Assembly (NCBI RefSeq): GCF_001194135.2
Contig: NC_068983.1
Coordinates: forward strand, 89,988,072 to 90,052,071
Source of the DNA: Octopus bimaculoides
Taxonomy: Eukaryota
DNA length: 64,000 nucleotides
Reading direction: 5' to 3'
Part shown: positions 43,600 to 57,133 of the stretch, piece by piece
Layout: each line of letters begins with the position of its first letter
Position numbering within the stretch: position 1 is the first letter of the stretch
Translations under genes and position numbers: made by a program
The notes under the pieces: model-generated
What the model was told of the DNA's origin: nothing
Databases searched by the model: none
The model's input: only the letters and a program-made list of their open reading frames with translations

Positions 43600-45740
43600 T
43601 GAACCCATTAAGAAAGTCACAGAAACAAAAATGTGATGAAAATTTCTGAGAATATAACTAAAAACAAAAAGTGAACAACAAGGTGTGTGTTAATAGCTCT
43701 TAATATGATTTTCCTAAGATATAACAATATTTATTCTGGCATAAGAAATTGATTATACAATGTTGTTAGGCAGTGATCACTTGCTACAAGTGAAGATCGC
43801 AATCAATGAAATCAGAGAGAAAATGGTTTTGCACATCTCAATGAAAAATCAATACATCAAGACTTTTGATGTGAAGCAGTTTCAGGAAGCTATGAAGAAG
43901 GAAATTTTGAGTCAATTTCAAGAGCTGGATGAGGATTACATTTGCTGGCCCAGAAACTTAAAAGCTGAATATGGAATGCAAGAACTACAAACCAACAGGA
44001 GTATGATGAAAGAATTTAAGAGAAGACAAAGAAAATGCTAGAGAAATGGAAAACTATGAAAGATCACCTTGAATATTTCATTCTCTGCAAAGCAACCAGA
44101 CAACATCTAGAAAATGACAGAGTTATAGACTGAAGAAACTGATGCAGGAAAAGGCTGGCACTCTATGAAAGAGCTTAAAGAGCTGAAAGAGCTTAAAGAA
44201 CAAGGACAGGCTCACAGTGACAGACAAAGTGGTGATGGAAGACGTATGCAACACCTTCTACACCAACCTTTGTAAATCATCTGTAAAGCTCAATCCTCCA
44301 CCACTACATATGTTAGATGTGCCAACTATTCTGGTGAGTGAAATTGAAAATGCCCTCAAACTGATGAAAACAGACAAAGCTCCTGAGAAAGATGGTGTCA
44401 CAACAGAGATGTTAAGATGCAAAAGTAAGGAGCTATGGAAAATCCTTGTTCTACACTTCAATTGCTATCTGAAGGTAAAATGCACTCACTGTGGAAAGAG
44501 TCAAGTACCATCTTGCTTCGTAAGAAGGGTTATAAAGAAGATTTAAAAAATCACCCCCATATGCCTTTTGTCTTAACTTTGTAAGCTGTTCACAAAGGTC
44601 ATAGTCACCAGACTATTGAAACACCTCAATGACCAACAGCCAAGAGAGCAAAGAGGTTTTTGTAGGAACTACAGCATGATAGGCCACATATTCACTTGAA
44701 CACAGCTCATAGAAAAAGCAAATCAATACAAGCTTCCTCTGAACATTGCTTTTGTTGATTACAAAGAGGCCTTCGATATTGTTGAAATGAATGCACTGTT
44801 AAAATTCCTGGAAACACGAGGTGCTGAGACACAATACATCAAACTGCTCAGAGATGAGAACTCTGGAGGCACAACAGATATAGCGCTGCCATCACCACCA
44901 GTAAGGGTTCCAACAGAGAAGGTATCAAGCAAAGAAATACCATCCCTTCAAAGCTTTTTACCACATGTCTAGAAATGGTCATCAGGGACACTGATTGGAC
45001 AGGTGGCACGAACATCAATGGCAGGCAACTAATACACTTCCAATTTGCAGATGATATTGTACTCATCGTTGAGACCACAGACCAACTGCAAACCATGCTG
45101 ACAGGGCTGGACACTCATAGCTAAGAAGTACGCCTTAAAATAAACTACATGAAAACAAAATATATGTGATCAAAAGACATAGCACAAAGTAGAATAGAAG
45201 TGGGAAGCAATGAAATCAAGACAATAAAGGAGTACATCTACTTGAGACACACAGTGAATATGCACCGAGATATGGATGCTGAAAAGAGAATAAGGGCAGG
45301 TGAAAGGCATTTACCTCAATAAAGGATGTAATCAAACAAAAGATAAACAATACCATAGAATCTTCAATAGCACCATTCTACCTGTGCTCTTACACAAGTG
45401 AGACATGGGCTACTCTGAAGAGAATAGAACATTGATTGGTTATGACAAAGGGCCATGGAAAGATCCATGGTAGGAATATCATTATGAAATCATATTCAAA
45501 ATGAGATAATTCAAGAATGGAGTGGATTGAACAATGTGATCACAGAATCCTGAAAGCACAAGTTCTGCTAGGTCAACCATGTCACTCATAGACAACAGGT
45601 AGACCTGTGCAGTTGCTGAGTGGTAACCAAGAGATTGGAAAAGGTCACCATGATGATGGAAAGAAGATTTAGTTAAGCTATTTGGGTCAAGACAGAAAAG
45701 AATGGTGCAATCAAGACAGAATTGGAAGTGCATTGTGACC
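43600..45740 (+). mobile_element. Degenerate RTE-clade LINE, second family
   Basis: Frameshifted RT motifs: SDHLL (endonuclease end), KTDKAPEKDGVTTEML, QQPREQRGF, IAFVDYKEAFD, FQFADDIVLI, EYIYL. Confidence 0.8.
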
Positions 45741-47728
45741 AGTGTGTACAATAGCATCTGATAGTCTGGTCAATACTGTGATATATCACATAGGTTGCCA
45801 GGTTAATTTCTTAACTTTCAGCTATATTATCACCTCAAAAGTAAAAAAATAACAGACAGGTTTTCTTGAGCACATCATCTTGCCAATCATCTTGGTCTCT
45901 TGTCATCATCTCTACAAGGCTCAACAAAATGAGATCAACTTTCACCACTGCGATTCATGTCTTCCTGGCTTTCCCTCTGCCACAAGTTCCATCAACATTT
46001 AGCAACTGGTGCTTTATAAAACTGTTCTCTCCATATACATCACATAACTGTAACAGCACGGTCTTCTCTTTAGCGCACAGCATCTGATGCCTCCTATACC
46101 CAATTTTTCTTTCAACACATTTGAATTTTGCTGTACATGCACATTAATGTTCATATCAGCTTCATATCTTTGTAGTTTTCAGATATCTATATAATTAGGA
46201 CCCCTATCAAAGGTTTTCTCCATGTCAAACTGTCCAGCCCATGCCAGCATGGAAAATAGATGTTAAATGATGGCTCACCAGGTTTTATCAAGCTTCCTCC
46301 AACTTTCACCTCCCAAACACCTATCCCTCCATTACCCTTCTAACAATGGCATTATTTAGCTGCTGCAATAAAATGACAGCAGAATATCCACATATTTCAT
46401 CCCTTCTGTGCTACTAGTCACCTCCCTCTCTCCTTGCAACAATTTGCTTCAACATCTATCCCTTCCCACTTTGTTTTCCACTAATCAGCACTTTCTGTGC
46501 TTCAAGGTATTTCTTCCTCTTCTCTGATCTACATCTTATAATTGCCACAATTCATTTTTTTAACACTCATATCTGCTGCCATTGCATCTTTCCAAAATCT
46601 TTGTTCCTTTTTAAATTACATCCACTGCTAAATACCTGACATTTATCCATATACTGGTATATTTCTATCTCTCCCCACTCTCCTACCCAGCACATAATCT
46701 CCCTATTTTCTGAATTTACCGACACATTTTACTGCTTCTTTGCCATTCCTGTACTGCCATTACCCTCCTCTTTCCTGAGCTATTTTCTTTGCCATCTCTC
46801 CCATACTGGCATTTGCCATTGACCACTCTCTCACACTTGTACATCATTCACTACATTCTCCTTTACTCCTATCTCCAATTACCTGCCACTCTCTTCTCAC
46901 TTTTGTGAACTTAATCACTCTTCTTACCCAATCCTTGATCCACATTCTTTCTTATAGTCACCTTCTTGTACCTTGAGAGCATGCTGACATATATCACTAA
47001 CATTTTTATCTTCTAAAACATTTTTTTTATATATAACACAATGTGGCCATGTATCTCTTCAATGGCAAGACATGTGCCTGTTCCTATATCATGCTTTAGC
47101 ATCCCAATAACCGACATAAAGCCACTGCTCCTCCTTCTCTACTACAATCCACCCAGTTGAAGGGGCTTTTCTTTTTACAGTCTTGTAAATTACTTGACAA
47201 TCTCACTAAGGACAGTGTCAAAGAAAAAGCACCCAGTACACTTTATAAACTGGTTGGTATTAAGAAGGGCATCTTGCTGTAGAAACCACACCAAAGCAGA
47301 TGCTAGAGCTCAATGCAGCCCTTTGGCAGTGGAGCTTGTCAAACTGTCCAACCCATGTCAGCATTGAAGAGAGACATGAAACAACAATGATAATATCTCT
47401 GAAACTATCACCCCACTTCAGCCAAAGTCTTGTGAGTGTATTTGGCAGGCAGAAACTGAAAGGAGCTTGTTGTGTGTGCAGGCATGCATGCATGCTTCTA
47501 TGTGTGTATGCTTGTCTTCTTTTCTAGATATTACAAGATAGTTATAAACAAGTTACTATCATACAAGTTTCGCTACATTTTCAATTTTTCATAAAAACAC
47601 GTCCAACCATGAGATAAAATTACCTTGCTTGGAAAGTCGACACTACAATGAGGGTGATGATATATACACACATGCTCATTGTACATATATATATATATCC
47701 ATATATAAGCATGTGCATCAATAAATAT

Positions 47729-47759
<31 letters not shown>

Positions 47760-48554
47760 CATACATTATATATATATATACATACATTATATAAACGTGC
47801 TGTTTTTGCCTCTTCATTTTGTTTGTTTTGCATTGTTTCATATTCGTAGTCTTATTTTGGTCTATGTATATCTGTATATCTTTCCTTCACAATCTCTAAC
47901 TGGTCATTCAAAATCAGAATGGCTTCATATACTTCCGTCTCATTTGCCTTGCTGACTCACTGGAGTACTTAGCCATTATTGGTCTGGTGAGAATGAAGAA
48001 GACATGTTCAGATAAGTGAAATTTCATTTTTTTCCCCTCTTGCTTTCAATTTTAGCATCATTTTATTTTATTCCATTCAACTTGCTTCTACCATGTTTAA
48101 AGTCTTGCTGTTTTAAAGTGTTAAATATTATTTAATTAATTCTAGTAAAAATGCACTTTTTTTTCCTCTTCGGTTTGTTTGTTTCTTCCCCTTTACTCTA
48201 ACTCTCCCACAGTGTAGCCATATGGCTTAGTGGTTTGCAGTGCACCCTCAAAACCCACACCCACAAACTATACCAGAAGTCGTTCTTATGGAAACCTATA
48301 CTGGAAACTTGTATTAAAAGCTCTCTTCCACCTTTCTCCTGCCAACATCAGCTCACCAGCAGCAACAGCACTACAATACAATGTGAGGATAAGCTAGCAT
48401 GTTTGCATCGGAAATATGACAAATATTCTTGCTAGTGAGTTAATTATTGGCACTATTTTATCCTTATACAAACAATGGTTTATACCACACCCTCTAGATC
48501 CCTCTTCATCTCATAAATGTGACAAGTGTAAAGTGAATGAATGATGGTAAATGA

Positions 48555-48760
48555 AACACATATGAAATCATGGGCACATTGAAATATAGGTCTGGTGAGA
48601 TTGTTGAGAAGCTGGATTGAAGGCACATAGATGTGTGTTACATTCAAGAGGTAAGGTGGAGGGGAGCTTCTGCCAGGTTCCTCAGACAAAAACAAGTGTA
48701 TAAAATCTTCTGAGTAGGCAATAGTGATGGGATTGGTGGTGTGGACATACTTCTTGCTTG
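48555..48760 (+). mobile_element. RTE AP-endonuclease N-terminal fragment
   Basis: Translates as MGTLKYRSGEIVEKLD*RHIDVCYIQEVRWRGASARFL...YKIF*VGNSDGIGGVDILLA. Confidence 0.7.
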
Positions 48761-49636
48761 ATAAAGCAATCACGGTAGTCAGAGCATGATAGGATACTCA
48801 TGCTTAGACAGGTTTTGCATTGTATGTAGCACCAGTACAAGTGCATTGTACGTGGCATCAGCACAAGTGCATTTTACATGGCACCAGCATCTGCAAGACA
48901 AAGACTTCTTGGCTGGAAGAGGGAGTGGGGGAATGACCATAAAGGACATACCTGTATGTATGGATGGCTGCAATTTTACATAGCTTGACATGTCTTCTGA
49001 AGCACAGCAAATTGCTAGAAGACCTAGTCCCTTGTCCTCTCTTCAGTGAGGCTCAGTATCATAAAATCCCTTCTCGTCATTACTTTGTCCCACATCTTTC
49101 TAGGTCTACCCCTTCCACAGATTCCCTCCACAATCAGAGATCAGCACTTCTTTATGCAGAGATAGACAAGAATGAGGTAAGAGAAAAGGAAGAGGCAGAA
49201 AGTGAAGTGGGTAAGAGAAAACAAGATGATGAAAAAGAGGAGTACTGAAGTTGGTAGGGAAAAGAGGCAGCTATATTCCATTAAAGAGAATAAAGAAGGG
49301 AAGAGAGCATAATATGAAGAATAAGGAAGTGGAGGCTCAGTCATAAAACTGATGATTATGTGAAGAGTTATGATAGGACTAAGAGAGGAACGGGAGATAA
49401 AGTACAAAGATTGAATTTTGACTAAACTGCCAAAATTGGCATGAAAATAAAAGGGTAGAAGTAGTGATGATGATGGCTGAGAATAGCTAGTTAATTAGTA
49501 GTGTGAGGAAATAAGGACATGGGAGATGTACAAGGAAGAGTACATGAATATATGAAGTAAATAAAAGCAGTTTAGAAAATGAAAAGAATAAATAAAAGAA
49601 ATATAACAGGTATAAAGTGATAGTGATTTGTCTTAC

Positions 49637-49890
49637 CTGGCAATAAATGGGAGCCTGGTTTGTAGAGAACATATCCTTTAACTTAGCTGTATCCTTGAAG
49701 TTTTTTGGTAAACCATCGATAAGAAGACATTTTGAGTTCAACTTGTCATAAGATGCCACCAAATTTTCCTCAATGAAATCACATGCTAGAAGATTATTCT
49801 TGTATTTCTGACAGTTCAAGCCCTCTTTAATACAAGTGGACTTTTCCTTATTGTGGCAATATTCAAATATAGCATAATTTTTGCTTTCCC
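49637..49890 (-). CDS. RAVER1: RAVER-family exon (RRM2 C-half, start of RRM3)
   Basis: ttttag acceptor, CAG|gtaaga donor, 254 nt, phase 1 to 0. Encodes GESKNYAIFEY...KLNSKCLLIDGLPKNFKD...APIYCQ (cf. RAVER1 GQSKGYGFAEY...LHSRCLCVDRLP...PTFCQ). Confidence 0.9.
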
Positions 49891-51769
49891 CTAAAATTAG
49901 AAAAAAAAAAAAATGAAATGACCACAAAGAAAAAAAAAGCTTAAGAAATTGAATGTGAAATCTTAACAGCAACCTTAAAAAGTATTTACCCATAGGTTTT
50001 AACTTTTACTTAAAAGAAAACCAAGGACCTGATAATAGTTTTCTCCTGTCTTTATTCCCATTTTGTTTAGCATGTGACCCTAATTTTCAATTCATGACAG
50101 TTCTTGTAGTCAAATTACTTCCTGCCTGGTGATATTGCTTTTAGTAAGACCTCAACATTTTTTCACTGACAAATAAACAACAGAGATCTCTTCAAGTTTA
50201 TATATAATGGAAGTCATCATCACTATCATCATCGCCCATCTACCATAGTGACAAAGAGTGGAAAGATGACAGGATCCAACAAGCCAGAGGACTGCATCAA
50301 GCTTCAATGTCAGCTTTCGAATGGTTTCTCTGGTTAGATGCCCTTCCTAATGCCAACCATTACCAGTGCATAGAGTGTACTGCGTGCTTTTTTCCTGATA
50401 CAAGCACCAGTGGGGTCACCATGAAACTTGTAGGACAAAGAAGCCTTCTTGACTGAGTGAGGTTATAATAGAGAGAGAGAGAGAGAGGTGGCTTTATGCT
50501 AGGTGTTGAGATGCTGAACCATGATAGACAGACAGACACAAGTGTCTCACAATGGAAGAAATATAAGGAGTAGCTAGAAAGATAATGATGGTGGTGATGA
50601 GGTGTCAGAGCATACTCTCAAGGTACAAGAATGTGAGTTAGTATAATATAGAATATGGACAAAGAATCAGGAAAGGTCAATGAAGTTCATTAGAGCATAT
50701 TTTTAAAAGTATATATTAAAAATCTTTTTAAATTTAATAATAAAGAAAATAAAATTACCTAAATTTTAAGCTGACTATCATTGAATTAAAAACTCCACAT
50801 TTGCACATTAAAGAAAAAAATTTTTATCTTCAAATCACTTAGCTTCACTGAAGTGAAAGCAAAAATGAAGAAGAAAACCTCAATATTATTGTTTCTTGTG
50901 CAAGACTGGCAGCTACCAGAAAACTAAGTAAAAGAGTATTGCAACAAATCAATGAAATCATTTCTATCATCCATTATTCATTCACATAGCCTTCAATATT
51001 ATCAAACAATTCATCATTCTTTAAGTCATGAATTATTACCATTCAATTAACACTGTAAATATTATGACCAAGAAAAAACAAATTTAATAGGTAATGTAAC
51101 TATAAAATCTAAGGCTAAAAACAGAAGTACTATATTTCTGACCAAAATACACCCCTCATGAGTTTCAATTACATATTAAAATAATCATGAATTTAGACTA
51201 GTCTCATTAAACACCTGTAACTTTTTTATTTTTCAACATATTAATGTGATATTTGGAACATAATTGAAGAAAGGGTTCTTAATCAATTCTATTGCATAAT
51301 TTTTGTCTCAAAGTGACTCTAATTACAGGTAAATCCAGGTAAACTGAGCAAAATGTAAAAATATTAAAATTTTGTTTAAACATTACCATAGAAAATGTAT
51401 CATCAGCTAATATTTAATTGGGTATGCAACAAAATTTTGATACAGAAGAATTGTGCACATCACTAGATTATCAATTGAATTTAATGCACAGAAGAACAGG
51501 TGTACCATAAAGGTAAAATAAACTGAAATACTGGAATTTGTTTTTGAAGAAAACTAGAAAATTGAATACAACTAAATGAAATATACTCACACACACATAC
51601 ATAAATACACAGGAACATATATAATAAAGATTTACAATAGAAATTAAGTCAAAACTTGTCACTCACCTTACAGGTAAATTAAAATAAAAAGTAAAACTAA
51701 GCAAATTTGAAAAATATTTATACAATCTAATTATACATATATACAAAAAATATTCACACAATATTTCTA

Positions 51770-53626
51770 TCATTCCACTCTACATACTGCAACCTTGCAG
51801 AATGCACATTGGAAAGACGTTTCAACTGGTCATCCACTGGGAGTTTTTCTTTGTTGATGTAGACATTCACAGCACTGCCTTTCGCGACCCCCGATTTTTT
51901 CTAATTTATGTAGATCTGCTGAACTCAGAGGGAGATCTCTCTGGCAGGCTTTGCTTTTCCTTCCTGCAGTTATTTTTTTGGAAGAATAACCTGCCCTCAA
52001 CTGCGCTGCAACATCTGCTCGGAACTGCAGATGGTCACACCGCTTGCAAACCCCTCCTGATTTGGTATATAATACGAATGCATTTACAATGCTCATGTTT
52101 ACTATATACCAAACCAGGTATCGCCACCATTTATTACCTGGTCTACCAACCAGATAATAACTCATCATCTGGTTCAGCCAATCTACACCACCCATGTACT
52201 TGTTATAATCAAGGTTCACAAACGGAGTGCCATTTTCATCTACACATGGTTGTGCATCGGGAGATAGAAAATTTATCTGCCTCTTATCTCTGTATGCGGT
52301 TGCTAGCAGATTTCCTTTCTGCCGTTGGATTATTTCACCTCTTTTTTTAAATTTTGCTCTTCTTTATATCCAACAGCAGTCCTTTTCTACTTAGCCATAA
52401 TTGTAGCACATGTATACGTTTCCACAGCAAGTTTGACCAAACTAAAAAATCGGTCAAAAAATAATATACAGCCCTGGTTATGGTATGGACGTGATAAATT
52501 CCAGACCACATCGTACCCTAGGCCAAGCTGACTAACATTATTGTCTCTTTTCCCTGTATAAAAGCTAATTCCACAGCAGTACCCAGTATTTGCCTCACAA
52601 TTTTTCCAAACTTCGATCCCCCATTTCGTGGGCTTTCCTGGCATATACTGTCGGAAGCGTACTCTTCCTTTATACCCCACCATGCCCTCATTGACGGATA
52701 AGTATCTCTCAGGCTTGTAAAATGTTTTATATGCATTTTGAACGCAGTCGATGAGGGGTCTTATTTTAAATAAGGGATCAAAGCTTGGTTCTCCACGTAC
52801 TGGGGTACTGCTAGTGTCTCTCACATGTAAATATTGGTTCAGCTTCACGAATCGTACTCGCGTCATAATACTGGAAACATATTCATCGCCAAAAGGTTCC
52901 TGATTGCTTCAGTAATTTGTTATTCTGGGTAACTGTCTAATACCCATAATAATATTTATGGCAAAAAATGCCTGTATTTCATCTACAGTTGCAAAAAATG
53001 CCTGTATTTCATCTACGGTTGCAAAAAATGCCCGTATTTCATCTACGGCTTGTTTACATTCTGCGTAACGGTTTGTTTCCGCAGTAATAATTTCAAACAA
53101 GCATGCTGGAAAAAATAAGAAAAAGAAGTCTAAAGGTTTCGCTTCCTGAGAAAGACTATGGGTAGACCCTGTCTCCTCAGAAAAATTGTTAAGAAAAATA
53201 TTTTTTAAATCTTTACTCCATTCTGGTGTAAAATCATCCTCGCTATCGCCATCGCTGCTTTCGGTTTCGGATACAGAAATATCCGATTCATTATCATTCA
53301 CCATGTGCTTTTGTAGCTCATTCACTCTTTTCTTTGATATCTCCATATCTCCTGTTGAAAAGCCTTCAAATTTGGAATCACGGCTTGATAGCATGAAACT
53401 CCTCTTCCAAAATTCACTGAGTTCAAATATCACGCCAAACAATGTCGGATACAATAACTCAACTGTTTGCAAAGTGAAATCACGTGTTTTAACAAATATA
53501 CTAACGAGATTTGGGTTCAAATTTGCATTTAGATAACAATGGGTACTCTCGGCCGGCTATGACAGGGTTGGTCTTATGAACCAAAAAATTTTTCAGCCGA
53601 CCATGGCCGGGTTAGTAACGAAAGGG
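51770..53626 (-). mobile_element. Decayed piggyBac (PGBD4-like) DNA transposon
   Basis: TTAA|CCCTTTCG terminus at 53626-53630. Transposase in pieces: MLSSRDSKFEGF...PLDFFFLFF...ETNRYA, DPLFKIRPL, SVNEGMVGYKGR...YMPGKPTKWG, FFDRFF, DYNKYMGGVD...KWWRY, and a C-terminal Cys-rich domain. In-frame stops present. The other TIR was not found. Confidence 0.92.
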
Positions 53627-53703
53627 TTAATAAATATACTACCAACAGAAATTAAAACATGAAATAGTTCAAATTATAAAAAGAACCCTAAAACAATACA
53701 TAC

Positions 53704-53925
53704 CAGTTTCTTCACAACGCATCAGAAAGAATTTTTCCATTGGTCCATATGTGAGCAGTAACTTATGAACTTCCATTTCCAAACAATCTTCAGGGAGATT
53801 CGTAAGACACAACATTTTATCACTAGGGTGCAAATTAACAGTAACATCAGTGTCAAGTAGTTGTTTACCACTAAGCTGCTCAACAATCTCTTCAGCATCT
53901 TCACCATTCATAAGAGTAACAATAG
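53704..53925 (-). CDS. RAVER1: RAVER-family RRM protein, internal exon (end of RRM1, start of RRM2)
   Basis: ctttacag acceptor, G|gtatg donor, 222 nt, phase 1 to 1. Encodes (A)IVTLMNGEDAEEIVEQLSGKQLLDTDVTVNLHPSDKMLCLTNLP...FFLMRCEET(G), matching recalled vertebrate RAVER1 AFVTLLNGEQAEAAI...SVQLQPTDALLCVANLP. RAVER1 vs RAVER2 cannot be resolved; likely a single co-ortholog. Confidence 0.9.
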
Positions 53926-54407
53926 CTGTAAAGACAGTAATTCAAAAGAATGAACATCTTTGATGTTTACACCATACTAAAGAAAAAAAAGTTTTATAAA
54001 TTCATAATATTCAAACCATTCAATATTAACTTAAGGTTTACTGGTTTCAAACATTAAACTGTGACTATGAAGGGACAACAGATTCAAAGGTATAATTGAC
54101 TACATCAACTCCAATATTGGTTTTACAGAAGGCAAAGTGAACCTGAGTGACAACCAAATACAAAGTATTTTGCTGATACCCTACCAATTTTGACATCTAC
54201 CACCTATAATTACTGAGATTACCAAACAATAGGTCTCATATTACATATGAAGAAGTGCTCAAGAGATTAAACACACAAGAGCTCAGATACTAAGACTGCT
54301 AACCATAGTAATCATTAAGTAACAGATTCGTGCCTACTGAGAGATTTTAATTTATACTAGCAGAGATACCTGGCATTGCTTGGGATTCAAATAGCATAGT
54401 TTTTTTG

Positions 54408-54600
54408 TTTTGTTTCGGTCATGTGACAGTGGCTACGCTGGAGCACCGCCTTTAGTCAGAGAAATCAACCCCAGGATTTATTCTTTGTAAGCCTAGTACT
54501 TATTCTATCAGTGTTTTTTCTGCCAAACAGCTAAGTTACAGGGACAAAAACACAGCAACATAGGTTATCAAGCGATGGTGAGGGTACAAACACACATATA
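54408..54600 (-). mobile_element. SINE 3' half fragment
   Basis: gctggagcaccgcctttagtc...cctagtacttattctatc...ggttatcaagcgatg matches the 3' half of 5407-5810. Confidence 0.7.
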
Positions 54601-54607
54601 CATATTG

Positions 54608-54865
54608 TCGTCGTTTAACATCCACTTTCCATGCAGACATGGGTTGGATGGGTTGACTAAAAACAGGCAAGCCAGAACGCTGTTCCAGGCTCCGATCTGA
54701 TATGGCAAGGTTTCTACAGCTGGATGCCCTTCCTAATGCCAACCACTCTGAGAGTGTAGTGGGTGCTTTTTACATGCCACTGGCATGAGGGCCAGTCAGG
54801 CAGTACTGGCACTGACCACGTTTGAATGGTGTTTTTTACATGCCACCAGCATGGGAGCCAGTCAG
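54608..54865 (-). mobile_element. Short RTE 3'-end copy
   Basis: Matches 18530-18780, including the 3' UTR repeat unit. Confidence 0.8.
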
Positions 54866-56988
54866 GATATATAAAGGCTAGAAAGAAATGATATAAGTAT
54901 GCTCTAATAAATGCATAATTCATTATCTTTTAATGCCCTCTTTTCCATGCTTGCATGGGTCGAACAGTATTAGTTGAGGCAGATTTTTAGCAACCAGATG
55001 TCCTTCCTGTCACAAACCCTCACCTGTTTCCAAGTAAAGTAATATTCCCCATGAACAGACATACTTTCACAGAAGACTGGAAACAAAGGATATGATGGTG
55101 ACATTTATTTACATCTATCACATAAAGTCACACACATATACATATAACAGGCTCCTTTCAGTGTCCATCAACTAAATCTACTCACAAGATTTTAGTTGGC
55201 CTAGGGCTATAGCAGAAGACACCTAAGGTACTATGGAGTGGGACAGAACCCAAGACCATGTGATTGGGAAACAAACGTCTTACTACAGTCACACCTGCAC
55301 CTAAATGTGTGCATAAAAAAATGGTACACAAATGAAATGAGAGAAAAGCTGAGTATAAGAGGAATCAGCTGTAGTGTGCAAGAGAGAAAACTGCACTGGC
55401 ACAGATGTGATATCTATGAAAGGAGAGTTTTCATAAAGAAGTACCAAGAAATCCATGTGAAAGGAACCTGAAGAAGACATAGAAAGCAGTAAAAGTTTTT
55501 AACCTCATGAAAGAGATGACTGCAACAAGATTATCAGTATCATGAGTAAAGGTACAATAAAAGTACCTACTCTTGTATTTTATTGATTTATAAAAATTTT
55601 AATGTTTTAACTAAACAAGTTAGTAATAATTGAAGTTATTTAAGGAAGATTAATTTTTCTGTAATTATGTCTACTGCCTGCCTATTAGAAATTCTAAACT
55701 ACTTGCAGCAAAGCACATGATTGACTATTGAAAACCAATCAATTCACTTCCAGTAGCATGATTTGCGGAAAATTCCATGTTATAAACTAAATTTTAGTGT
55801 TTAAATATTTTGAGTACATAATTATATTTAAAACATGTTTTGATATAGAAAATTATTTAGTTAAGCTTTCCCTAATACACTACATATAACATTCCACCAC
55901 ACATTAAGCAGTCCCACAAACCAAATTTCCTTCAAACCACATCCTATCTCTAAAAATAGGATGCATACATAGAATACTGTAGTTCTAAATACCTATGTCT
56001 GAATGAACCTGGGAACATCATCTAACATCTAAATGAAGAGCAAGCCAAGGTTAACTTCTAACTGGTTACTCAACCCACTGGAAATAACACCCAAATTTTC
56101 TAATCATAACCCATTATCTTAAAAGGAAAGGTACATTGAGAATGTACACCTAATAGTACAGCCTTCAATCATTGCTGGCCAGATGATCAGAGAGCTAAAC
56201 AGTCATCATCTTCATTATCATCCTCCATTAGCAACTTGTACACATCAAGCACAACCACATACATTCCAACATTTTAGTCCTTGACTTTTTCCATATCATC
56301 ATCCTGATTAAACACACTGCTTCTGTTTCAATTAATTTTGAAGAATTTAGTAAAAGAACTATATATAATTAAACTGGTATTTGGAAGATCCATAAATTAG
56401 CATGAAACCTTAATGGAAGACCTTAATTTAGATTCCTTTAGAACAAGAAGTTTGTATCATAGATACAGGGTGATCTCGGGCAGGCTGATATCAAAAAGTA
56501 GATGGTTTAAGCTGTCAAGCATGACCTAAGACACCCAGAGCTGCTCATTAACTAAGTCATTACCTGGGAACCAACACATGAGAGAATCAATGGTGTGCAA
56601 AACCATAGTCAATACCTTGATGGAGGACATCAACAGTAGTAATACTGCTGGATTTATACTGAAATCAGAAGCAATTATTATTAATATAATAATTATTATT
56701 ATTGGAAAGGCAGCAAGCAAGCAGAATTGTTAGTGAGTTGGACAGAATGCATAGTAGCATTTTCAGGGCCTTCAGGGGTCTAAAATGGGAGATAGTGACA
56801 AAGGCCAGTAGCCAGTTCTGAAGTCACCCCAGAGGCTATCGTCAAGGCCACAGGCAGGTTCATCAAGTGAGATCGATAGAACATGTCATGAAGACAAACT
56901 GACTCCCAAAATATAAACACTTTTATTTTTCCTTAAGACAGTCATCATGCAAACAAATACCATCTGCACCCTGTGTATGTGTGGGAGA

Positions 56989-57092
<104 letters not shown>

Positions 57093-57133
57093 TATACATA
57101 TCTGTATATATTATAAACATACATATCATCATC

